Virus record (IMG/VR): IMGVR_UViG_3300032233_000325
Location: 1 to 33,212 of that record
Length of the DNA: 33,212 nt
Source of the DNA: a virus
Taxonomy: Duplodnaviria; Caudoviricetes
Reading direction: 5' to 3' (one strand)
The translations under genes and the position numbers were made by a program. The notes under the pieces were generated by a model. The model searched no databases. It was not told the origin of the DNA and was given only the letters and a program-made list of their open reading frames with translations. Shown piece after piece: positions 1 through 7,428 of this stretch (position 1 is the first letter of the stretch; every line of letters starts with the position of its first letter).

Positions 1-395
1 TAACGCACACAGACCATCGTGAATTTGACAACATCCCCAATGAAACAGAACTTGCAAACCTCCAACGTCTTGCAGAATTTCTTGAACAAGTCAAAACAAT
101 ACTTGGAGGAAAGCCCATCATGGTCAATTCAGCTTTCCGATCAAAACAAGTCAATGATGCTGTGGGCAGCAAAGACACTTCTCAGCATCGTATCGGCTGC
201 GCTGCTGATATTCGTGTACCCGCTATGACGCCAGATGAGGTTGTCAAGGCCATTATTGCCAGTGACTTGGGTTATGATCAAGTGATCCGTGAGTTTGACC
301 GGTGGACCCACATCAGCATACCTAACGTAGCCGGTGCCGCGCCACGCAAGAGTAAGCTGATTATTGACAAGGCTGGCACACGCCTTTACGCTTAA
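1..395 (+). CDS. Peptidase M15-family endolysin (5' truncated)
   Basis: The frame is open from position 3 (THTDHREFDNIPNETELANLQRLAEFLEQVKTILGGKPIMVNSAFRS...). It has M15 motifs S-x-x-R, SQH-x6-D (SQHRIGCAAD) and WTHIS. Confidence 0.88.
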   Translation, partial: THTDHREFDNIPNETELANLQRLAEFLEQVKTILGGKPIMVNSAFRSKQVNDAVGSKDTSQHRIGCAADIRVPAMTPDEVVKAIIASDLGYDQVIREFDRWTHISIPNVAGAAPRKSKLIIDKAGTRLYA

Positions 396-616
396 GGACG
401 CGGGGCGTTCTTAGGCGTTTCCACGCACATATACACTGCTGCATACTGACCTCGGCTTGGCCCTGTCCAACGGTCAATGTACACACCGCAAACGGTCTTT
501 AGCGTCTTGCAAATGGTTTTGGTGGTTGCTCCAAAATGTTCGGCAAGCTGATTAACAGTTAGACCATCTTCAGACGCCAGCAACAGTTCACGAATTGCGT
601 GGTGCCTAGATTTCAT
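392..616 (-). CDS. Small helix-turn-helix DNA-binding protein
   Basis: MKSRHHAIRELLLASEDGLTVNQLAEHFGATTKTICKTLK fits a winged-HTH pattern. The ATG at 616 overlaps the stop of the upstream gene (ATGA). Confidence 0.65.
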   Translation of the reverse strand: MKSRHHAIRELLLASEDGLTVNQLAEHFGATTKTICKTLKTVCGVYIDRWTGPSRGQYAAVYMCVETPKNAPRP

Positions 617-1242
617 GTTTTTTCCTTGATGTCGTAAAACCAATCATCCCCTGCTGACCACTTGCGTGTGCCGTCAACGGTATAAAAATCTTTAGCTGCC
701 TGAAAGTCAGGAAACTTTGTTTCGGCAGGGATAAGGCTCTGGTCATACCACAGGCATCGGTTGTTAGGCTGGCAAGCAAACTGGCCGTTGTCCAACATAA
801 TCCAATTGAATGACTTATGTTCCTCGGCCTGCTCGGTAAAGCCGGTGTCTAGCGTCATTTCATCAGCGCAAAAATCCACGGTAAACAAGTAGCGCCCAAA
901 GTGCCACTCTTTATCTTTGCCCAAAAACTTCACGCCCAGGTTACGCAGGCCAATCTTTTCAATAATGGTAAAGCGGTAACCCATGCAATCCCAAAGCTGG
1001 AGCGTGTCTATGGGCAAGTCACCATGCTCTGCTTTCCAAACGTAGGCGTGGATCGGCAGCTTGTCGTACAGAGCGCCGTAAGCAGGCAGCAATGACTCAA
1101 TGCGAAATACTTGGCCGCGCAAAGCCTTAAGGCTGACCCAGATTGCAAGCTCAAGTTCGCCGTGGCCTTTGGTGTGGTTATACAAAAACTCACGGCGTAC
1201 AAAGCATTTCAGGGGCGGCAGTGAAGCAACGATGTAACTCAT
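613..1242 (-). CDS. Phage hypothetical protein (209 aa)
   Basis: Likely start MSYIVASLPP at 1242 with ATGA overlap and an upstream GAAGGA. The protein is aromatic-rich and looks globular; no function recognised. Confidence 0.8.
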   Translation of the reverse strand: MSYIVASLPPLKCFVRREFLYNHTKGHGELELAIWVSLKALRGQVFRIESLLPAYGALYDKLPIHAYVWKAEHGDLPIDTLQLWDCMGYRFTIIEKIGLRNLGVKFLGKDKEWHFGRYLFTVDFCADEMTLDTGFTEQAEEHKSFNWIMLDNGQFACQPNNRCLWYDQSLIPAETKFPDFQAAKDFYTVDGTRKWSAGDDWFYDIKEKT

Positions 1243-1424
1243 AGTTGTTCCTTCAACCAAATTAAAAAACTGTCCTTGGTGTCGTTCTCCCAAGGCATCT
1301 CTTTGATCTTGTTTGCAATTTCTTCAAACGCTTTTGTGCGGCCATTTGCAAAATCAGTCCAATCGGGCAAGAACCCTTGGGTGTCATCGTCATCTTCTAT
1401 TTGCCTCTTACGCCATCCACTCAT
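1239..1424 (-). CDS. Hypothetical protein (61 aa)
   Basis: MSGWRKRQIEDDDD...WLKEQL, with ATGA overlaps on both sides. Confidence 0.65.
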   Translation of the reverse strand: MSGWRKRQIEDDDDTQGFLPDWTDFANGRTKAFEEIANKIKEMPWENDTKDSFLIWLKEQL

Positions 1425-1552
1425 ACGCGCCCCCTTGGAGTGGCCAGAAGCCATTTGTCGCCAAGGAATCGAATGATTCGCACCCACTGGCGCTGGTAAT
1501 CGCGTTGACCTGGGTACAGGCTACGCACTTGGGTTAATCTTGCTGTGTTCAT
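1421..1552 (-). CDS. Hypothetical protein (43 aa, not in ORF track)
   Basis: Translated by hand: MNTARLTQVRSLYPGQRDYQRQWVRIIRFLGDKWLLATPRGRV. It fills the gap exactly, with ATGA overlaps at both ends. Confidence 0.65.
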   Translation of the reverse strand: MNTARLTQVRSLYPGQRDYQRQWVRIIRFLGDKWLLATPRGRV

Positions 1553-1734
1553 TTGGTTGCTTCCTTGAGTAGTTCTACGCGTTCACGGGCGACGCGCAGT
1601 GTGTTATAGCGCTGGTGCAAACGCTCCAGCACAGTCACGCGCTTACCCGTAACGCGTTCTTCGTTCAACAATGACAAGACTTGTTCCTCAGTCTTTAAAC
1701 TCAAGTCACTGTTTAGTTTTCGCCATGAAATCAT
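1549..1734 (-). CDS. Hypothetical helical protein (61 aa)
   Basis: ORF track entry within the tightly packed leftward operon. Confidence 0.7.
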   Translation of the reverse strand: MISWRKLNSDLSLKTEEQVLSLLNEERVTGKRVTVLERLHQRYNTLRVARERVELLKEATK

Positions 1735-1873
1735 TGATCTGCCCTTCTAATTTTTGTACTTCAGCGTCCGTCCGCATGTAACTGCGTACCGCCGCGTTCA
1801 TCTGCCGTTCTTTGTGCTTGGCTTCTGACCTTGCGGCCTTCAGTTTGGCTTTCCATTGATCTATACGTTTCAT
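1706..1873 (-). CDS. Hypothetical basic coiled-coil protein (55 aa, not in ORF track)
   Basis: Translated by hand: MKRIDQWKAKLKAARSEAKHKERQMNAAVRSYMRTDAEVQKLEGQINDFMAKTKQ. The ATG overlaps the helicase stop (ATGA). Confidence 0.65.
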   Translation of the reverse strand: MKRIDQWKAKLKAARSEAKHKERQMNAAVRSYMRTDAEVQKLEGQINDFMAKTKQ

Positions 1874-3189
1874 TTAAGTGCCTCCAGTGCAATTTCCGAC
1901 ACGGCCTGCTTGGTGTGCAGCGCCGCCCAAATTTTTTCATCTACAGTTTTCTCAGTCATCAGGACATAGACCCACACGTCATGGCGCTGGCCGCTTCTGT
2001 GGATTCGCCCAACTGTCTGCTCGAACAACTCAAGACTCCACGGCAAGGACAGAAAAACCATGTGCTGTCCTCCGTGTTGTAAGTTAAGGCCGTGACCTGC
2101 GGATTTTGGATGCACGGCAAGGATTCGTATTTCACCCCGATTCCATCGAGCGATTGCATCATCATCGTCAAGCGTTGTAATTCTGAATCGCCGTTTGAGT
2201 TCGGCAAGTTCTTCTTTGTAGGTGTAAGCAATGATGGTGTTTGCATGTTGGTTTTCCTCTAAAAGTTCTTCTAACCGATCAAATTTGTGGGGGCTGTACC
2301 ACACTGGCGTTTGTGTTATCGTAAACTTACCAGGCACATCGGAGGCTTCACTGTTGGTGTCGTAAACGAATCCCGACGCCAATTGCTGCAATTTGCCGGT
2401 AACCACGCCAGCGTTAACCGCCGTGATCGTGTCTAGCACAAACTCTTTCTTTAGTTTGTTGTACGGCGTCAAGTCCATCTTGCACATCACCTCAACGTGA
2501 TGGCAGGGCGGCAGTTTGTCTTTGTACTCGCCAGGCTCCAACACATACGTCGCCGGTTTGATTTTCTGCATGACCTTATCAAGCGCGCCGACACGCGGTG
2601 CCCACTCGCCAAACTCGGGGTTGAGCAACACAAAATACTGTTGCATAAACGCGCCTTTGGACCGGCCCAACAGGTCTTGGTTAACGATCTTGCACTGACC
2701 AAACACATCTTCCAAGCCGTTGCTGGTGAACGATCCGGTCAAACCCCAGCGAACGCGCATGGGTTCCATGACTTTTAAAAGCGCTTTAAAGCGTGTGCCT
2801 GACGGGTTCTTCAGGCGCGTCAACTCATCAAACACAATGCCGTCAAAGTTCAGCTTCTGCAAAGCCAGCCATTGGATGTTGTCGTAGTTGGTCACGACCA
2901 CTTGGGCGTTGGATCGAAGCCCCGCCAGCCGCTGTTTAGGCGTGCCCACAGCCACGGCCAACGACAGGAACGGTGCCCACTTAGGCTGCTCGACTGGCCA
3001 CACGTCGGTGCAAACCCGCTTGGGTGCCAGCACAAGGAAGCGCTTAACGTGTTGATCGCGCAACATCTCCCACATGCCTGTCAGTGTGATGGCGGTCTTG
3101 CCTGCACCCACTGGCGCAAGCACCATTGCACGGTCATGCTCGTAAATGAAGTCAGCCGCCAACTCTTGATACGGTCGCAACGAAACCAT
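1870..3189 (-). CDS. SNF2-like superfamily 2 DNA helicase
   Basis: Q motif LRPYQ, Walker A APVGAGKT, Walker B IVFDEL, motif III LTGS, GHGLNLQ, motif VI QTVGRIHRSGQ. Confidence 0.93.
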   Translation of the reverse strand: MVSLRPYQELAADFIYEHDRAMVLAPVGAGKTAITLTGMWEMLRDQHVKRFLVLAPKRVCTDVWPVEQPKWAPFLSLAVAVGTPKQRLAGLRSNAQVVVTNYDNIQWLALQKLNFDGIVFDELTRLKNPSGTRFKALLKVMEPMRVRWGLTGSFTSNGLEDVFGQCKIVNQDLLGRSKGAFMQQYFVLLNPEFGEWAPRVGALDKVMQKIKPATYVLEPGEYKDKLPPCHHVEVMCKMDLTPYNKLKKEFVLDTITAVNAGVVTGKLQQLASGFVYDTNSEASDVPGKFTITQTPVWYSPHKFDRLEELLEENQHANTIIAYTYKEELAELKRRFRITTLDDDDAIARWNRGEIRILAVHPKSAGHGLNLQHGGQHMVFLSLPWSLELFEQTVGRIHRSGQRHDVWVYVLMTEKTVDEKIWAALHTKQAVSEIALEALK

Positions 3190-3439
3190 CTATTTGTTCC
3201 TTAGTCCATAAACATGCGTAGTTTTGACGCAACACTGCCATATCACTGGCAAACATTTTTTGTAGCGGCGACAGCCTGCCACCTTTGGTTTTCAACTCCA
3301 CAAACCACGTCTGCCCGTCGGGCAGGCAAGCAATCCGGTCGGCCACGCCTTTGCGCCCTGGCGACGTGAACTTCCACGTCTTACCACCTGCACGCTCGAC
3401 AGCCCAAACAAAGTGCCGTTCAACTTCTGATTCTTTCAT
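3152..3439 (-). CDS. VRR-NUC domain endonuclease
   Basis: MKESEVE...KFTSPGRKGVADRI...FVELKT..GRLSPLQ is the typical PD-(D/E)xK VRR-NUC signature, next to an SNF2 helicase. Start taken at ATG 3439. Confidence 0.9.
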   Translation of the reverse strand: MKESEVERHFVWAVERAGGKTWKFTSPGRKGVADRIACLPDGQTWFVELKTKGGRLSPLQKMFASDMAVLRQNYACLWTKEQIDGFVATVSRVGG

Positions 3440-3500
3440 GCCCGAATAATACATGAAAAAAAGTTTTGTACAACAATTATTTTATGTGTTAAGATGGCAT
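3440..3500. promoter_or_regulatory. Divergent sigma70-like promoter pair
   Basis: Rightward: TTGTAC (3466-3471), 18 nt spacer containing TG, TAAGAT (3490-3495). Leftward: TTGTAC (complement of 3468-3473), 16 nt spacer, TATTAT (complement of 3446-3451). This is an AT-rich gap between divergent operons. Confidence 0.65.
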
Positions 3501-3535
3501 CACCCACTTTTGGGTAGCAACTACAGGACAGTAAA

Positions 3536-3715
3536 ATGGACACCAGAATTGAAACAGACGGCGCAAGCGTCACCGTTAGCGAATACGATGACGGCGTATG
3601 GATTAGCGTCAATCGCCATTGCGCGTACACCAGCGCAGGTCTCACCCGAGCGCAAGCAATCAAACTGCGCGACGGCATTAACACTCTTTTGGAGACAGCA
3701 GATGCAACACAGTAA
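3536..3715 (+). CDS. Hypothetical protein (59 aa, not in ORF track)
   Basis: MDTRIETDGASVTVSEYDDGVWISVNRHCAYTSAGLTRAQAIKLRDGINTLLETADATQ, preceded by an AGGA RBS; first gene after the rightward promoter. Confidence 0.65.
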   Translation: MDTRIETDGASVTVSEYDDGVWISVNRHCAYTSAGLTRAQAIKLRDGINTLLETADATQ

Positions 3716-4814
3716 CATCGTCGGCGGCTCGACCGCCAAGCGCGTCATCAACTGCCCTGGCTCCGTGGTCTTGGTGCAGAAGATGCCTCCCAAGCCCTCC
3801 AGCGAACACGCAGACCGTGGCACATTGCTGCACAACGCCATCAGCGCTATTCTTGAGGACATGAACGTCGATGTGATCGGCACGACTTACGAAGGCCAAG
3901 TGCTGACGCAAGATTTGTATGATGAGAAGATCGTGTCCGCACTTTCTTTACTGGACGAAGTTGACCCCAACAAAGAGATGATGTATGAAGTGGAGACTCG
4001 CGTTGGTTTTGGCAATCTCTTGCCTAACGTCTTTGGTTCTACTGACCTTGTTGGTAGGATTGGTGATCGCGCTATCGTCTTGGATTGGAAATTTGGCGAC
4101 GGTGTTGTGGTTGATGCTGTAGAGAACGAACAACTGATGTTCTACGCGGCTGCGGCTATGCGTACCGACGCCGCCAAGTGGGCGTTTGAGGGCGCAACCG
4201 AGATTGAGTGCATCATCATCCAGCCGCCCATGATTAAGCGTTGGGTGACCACCAAGGAACGCATCGCGCAGTTTGAGCGTGATCTGGTCAAGGCCGTGCA
4301 AGTCGCACAGTTGCCTGACGCCAAACTGGCCACTGGTGACCACTGCCGTTGGTGCGCGGCCAAGCCGGTTTGCCCACAGATGACGGGCGCTGTAGACCGC
4401 GCACTGCAAACGCAATTGAAAGAGTTAGATATTACAATGCTCAGTCAGTATCTCAAAAATGCTGAGATGATTGAAAGCTGGATCAAAGACCTGCGCGATC
4501 TGGCGGTTCAGTTGTTAGAGAAGTCGATGCCTGTACCTGGTTACAAACTGGTCGCCAAGCGCGGTACAAGACAATGGGTCAGCGATGATGAAGCCGCCGT
4601 GGTTTTAGGCGTCGCAGGTATTGACCCGTACAAAGAACGTGAAGTGATTTCGCCAGCAGCCGCTGAGAAATTACTCAAAAAGAGCAAGTTGACATTGCCA
4701 CCCGAACTTGTGGTGTCAGTGTCTTCAGGCACAACATTGGCAAGCGAGGATGACCCCCGCCCAGCAGTGTTGCAGTTGAGTGGCCTGACGGCTGCTCTTT
4801 CTAAAATCCAATGA
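3702..4814 (+). CDS. Cas4-like PD-(D/E)xK exonuclease (DUF2800-type)
   Basis: Start MQHS at 3702 after GGAG. N-terminal CPGS plus C-terminal CRWCAAKPVC (four-Cys Fe-S pattern), GTLLH, GSTD and LDWKFG nuclease motifs. Confidence 0.88.
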   Translation: MQHSNIVGGSTAKRVINCPGSVVLVQKMPPKPSSEHADRGTLLHNAISAILEDMNVDVIGTTYEGQVLTQDLYDEKIVSALSLLDEVDPNKEMMYEVETRVGFGNLLPNVFGSTDLVGRIGDRAIVLDWKFGDGVVVDAVENEQLMFYAAAAMRTDAAKWAFEGATEIECIIIQPPMIKRWVTTKERIAQFERDLVKAVQVAQLPDAKLATGDHCRWCAAKPVCPQMTGAVDRALQTQLKELDITMLSQYLKNAEMIESWIKDLRDLAVQLLEKSMPVPGYKLVAKRGTRQWVSDDEAAVVLGVAGIDPYKEREVISPAAAEKLLKKSKLTLPPELVVSVSSGTTLASEDDPRPAVLQLSGLTAALSKIQ

Positions 4815-4823
4815 AAGTTAAAA

Positions 4824-5453
4824 ATGCAATTGACTACTTTTTCTTCGGCAAATCTGCCAGCAGTTTCTTCTTTGTCTACATCGCTTCGCGCTCTTGAAAA
4901 AGACGTAGGCCCAGCCGGTAACGTCATCCTGAAAATGGACAAGACAGGCCATTGGGTCTTTGGTGCGGATCAGACAGAAGTTGAGGCCGAGTCCCTTTGG
5001 GCGATCAACCCTTTCTCTTTTATCCACGGCTTTATTGCTTGGGGTGACGGCGAAGTGTTGGGTGAAAAGATGGTGGGCGTCGCTGAACCGCTGCCTGAAC
5101 TTGAAGCCGCGCACAAGGACGCCAAGCGTGGCTGGGAGACTCAGATCGGGATGTCTTTGAAATGCACCACAGGCGAAGACAAGGACATGGAAGCGCGCTT
5201 TACAACCACTTCGGTGGGCGGTAAAAAAGCGGTTCAGGCGTTAGGTGTGGCTATTGCTACGCAAGTAGATAAAGACCAAGCCAAGCCTGTTGCTATTGTG
5301 AAACTCAAAAAGGATCACTATCAGCACAAGTCCTACGGCAAAATCTACACGCCAGTGTTTGAGATTGTTGAGTGGGTTGGCCTTGATGGTGCGCCAGTCG
5401 AGGAAGCCGAGCCAGAAGCACCCGCTGCTGGCCGTCGTCGTCGGTCTGTTTGA
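4824..5453 (+). CDS. Putative single-stranded DNA-binding protein
   Basis: Lies between the exonuclease and DNA polymerase, is beta-rich and has an acidic/Pro tail. Function inferred from synteny. Confidence 0.55.
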   Translation: MQLTTFSSANLPAVSSLSTSLRALEKDVGPAGNVILKMDKTGHWVFGADQTEVEAESLWAINPFSFIHGFIAWGDGEVLGEKMVGVAEPLPELEAAHKDAKRGWETQIGMSLKCTTGEDKDMEARFTTTSVGGKKAVQALGVAIATQVDKDQAKPVAIVKLKKDHYQHKSYGKIYTPVFEIVEWVGLDGAPVEEAEPEAPAAGRRRRSV

Positions 5454-7372
5454 TGACTCTTTGGGTTGACTTTGAAACCCGTAGCGCCTGCGACCTAAAA
5501 ACCGCAGGCGTTTACAACTACGCGCAACACGCCAGCACTGAGGTGCTGTGTATGTCTTACGCCTTTGACGATGAAGAAGTGCAGACTTGGGTAAGTGGCC
5601 CACTACCTGACTTCACCGGTCACATGATCTACGCCCACAACGCGGCGTTTGAGCGTTTGATGTTCTGGTATGTTCTCCAGCAGAACTACCCTCTTGAATC
5701 CTTTTACTGCACGGCGACCCAAGCCCGTGCCAACTGCGCGCCTGGTGGCCTAGAAGACGTGGGGCGCTTTGCTGGCGCGGCCATGAAAAAAGACCACCGT
5801 GGTGCCCAATTGATTCGCTTGTTAAGCATACCCAAGGCCGACGGTAGCTTCAACAACGACCCGACCCTGATGGCCGAGATGGTCGCCTACTGCGAACAAG
5901 ACGTGCGTGCCATGCGTGCGGTCAGCAAAGCCATGCGGCCACTGTCAGCAGATGAGTTGGCCGACTACCACGTCAACGAGCGCATTAACGACCGTGGCCT
6001 GATGGTGGACGTGCCCCTGTGCCGAGCCGCCGTCAAGTACGCTGGCGCTGAGATGGACGAAATCCAGAAGATCGTGGCCGAAGTGACCGAAGGCCAGATT
6101 ACTTCAGTCAGGAGTCCCAAGATGCGCGAGTGGGTGCTGGATCGCGTCGGCCCTGAAGCCAAGAAGTTGATGTGGACGGGCGAGAAGTATTCCATAGACA
6201 AAAACGTGCGAGCGAATCTGCTTGCGATGGAGAACCATGATGAAGTCCCGCCCGATGTGGCCGAAGTTATACAGTGCGCCGACGACCTCTGGGCGTCGAG
6301 TGTTGCGAAGTTCAGCCGCCTTGCAAGTTTGGCAGACGAGGAAGATGCCCGAGTTAGAGGTGCCTTTGTTTTTGCTGGAGGCAGTGCAACAGGGCGCGCT
6401 TCGTCCTATGGCGCTCAAGTCCATAATCTCCCGCGTAAAAGCGCTAAAGACCCCGAATCCGTCCGCACAGCAATGGTTCGAGGCCATGAGATCGTGCCAC
6501 GATTCGAACAACGCATTACAGACGTTCTAAAGAAGATGCTTCGCCCTGCCATCGTGGCAGCGCCTGGCAACGTCTTGATCGCCTACGACTGGTCGGCCAT
6601 CGAAGGCCGCGCGCATCCGTGGCTGTCCAACTGCCCAGCGGGTGAGATCAAACTGGATGTGTTCCGGTCGGGTCTTGACCCGTACAAGGTCAACGCTACG
6701 GCGACGTTCCGTGTGGCCTATGACGATGTGACGGGCGACCAGCGGCAAGTGGGCAAGGTGCAAGAGTTAGCGCTGGGCTTTCTGGGAGGGGCTGGCGCGT
6801 TTGAAGTGTTCGGGCGCGTCTACGGTATCCACCTGTCCACGGGCGAGGTTGCACGGGCGGTTGAGGGCTGGCGTAGGGCAAACCCTTGGGCTATGCACCA
6901 CGGCACGCAACTGGAAGGCGCGTACCTGCGCGCTATGAGAAACAAAGGGCATGAATTTGCTGCGGGAAGAATTGTGTACTTGTTTGATGGCCAGACTCTT
7001 TGGTACAGTCTTCCTTCTGGTCGGGTATTGTGCTACCCCAACGCCAAATTCGACGAAGAAGGCAACGTGACATACACCAAAGCAGCTTGGAAGCCTGCCG
7101 CCGACGCGACAGAGTGGCCTCGCGCCCGTCTGTGGCGTGGGCTGGCTTGTGAGAATGTCGTGCAAGCGACCGCCAATGACATCCTACGCTACGCCCTGCG
7201 CCAACTGGACGGTGTGATCGCACACGTCCATGATGAAATCGTCGTCGAGTGCCCAGAATCTGAGGCAGAATCGACAGCCGCACATATTCACAAGATCATG
7301 TGTACGCCGCCTGCGTGGGCGAGTGGCCTGCCGTTGGCGGCTGAAGGTGTGACGACAAAGCGATACTCGTAA
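5450..7372 (+). CDS. DNA polymerase, family A (phage type)
   Basis: ExoI DFET, ExoII AHNAAFE, ExoII/III YCEQD, ATGR, motif A DWSAIEGR, motif B RQVGKVQELALGF, motif C HVHDEIV. Confidence 0.95.
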   Translation: MMTLWVDFETRSACDLKTAGVYNYAQHASTEVLCMSYAFDDEEVQTWVSGPLPDFTGHMIYAHNAAFERLMFWYVLQQNYPLESFYCTATQARANCAPGGLEDVGRFAGAAMKKDHRGAQLIRLLSIPKADGSFNNDPTLMAEMVAYCEQDVRAMRAVSKAMRPLSADELADYHVNERINDRGLMVDVPLCRAAVKYAGAEMDEIQKIVAEVTEGQITSVRSPKMREWVLDRVGPEAKKLMWTGEKYSIDKNVRANLLAMENHDEVPPDVAEVIQCADDLWASSVAKFSRLASLADEEDARVRGAFVFAGGSATGRASSYGAQVHNLPRKSAKDPESVRTAMVRGHEIVPRFEQRITDVLKKMLRPAIVAAPGNVLIAYDWSAIEGRAHPWLSNCPAGEIKLDVFRSGLDPYKVNATATFRVAYDDVTGDQRQVGKVQELALGFLGGAGAFEVFGRVYGIHLSTGEVARAVEGWRRANPWAMHHGTQLEGAYLRAMRNKGHEFAAGRIVYLFDGQTLWYSLPSGRVLCYPNAKFDEEGNVTYTKAAWKPAADATEWPRARLWRGLACENVVQATANDILRYALRQLDGVIAHVHDEIVVECPESEAESTAAHIHKIMCTPPAWASGLPLAAEGVTTKRYS

Positions 7373-7403
7373 AAAGAAAGCCCCCGTGGATAAGACGGGG
7401 GCT
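7371..7403 (-). terminator. GC-rich hairpin, terminator-like on the minus strand
   Basis: Stem AGCCCCCGT (7379-7387) / ACGGGGGCT (7395-7403) with a 7-nt loop. The A-tract at 7371-7379 gives a U-tail on the minus strand only. Confidence 0.6.
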
Positions 7404-7428
7404 AAACACTCAACAAGGAGAACGAACC

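Noticed and set aside
3453-3701. 83-aa N-terminal extension of the exonuclease in the ORF track
   Set aside because: It spans the promoter region and a separate RBS-bearing ORF (3536-3715); ATG 3702 has its own GGAG.
3702-4814. Cas4-like gene as evidence of a CRISPR-Cas system
   Set aside because: There is no repeat-spacer array or other cas gene, and solo Cas4-like nucleases are routine in phage replication modules.
5450-7372. Polymerase as part of a Z-genome or other base-substitution system
   Set aside because: No purZ, dATPase or other nucleotide-modification pathway gene was recognised in the window.
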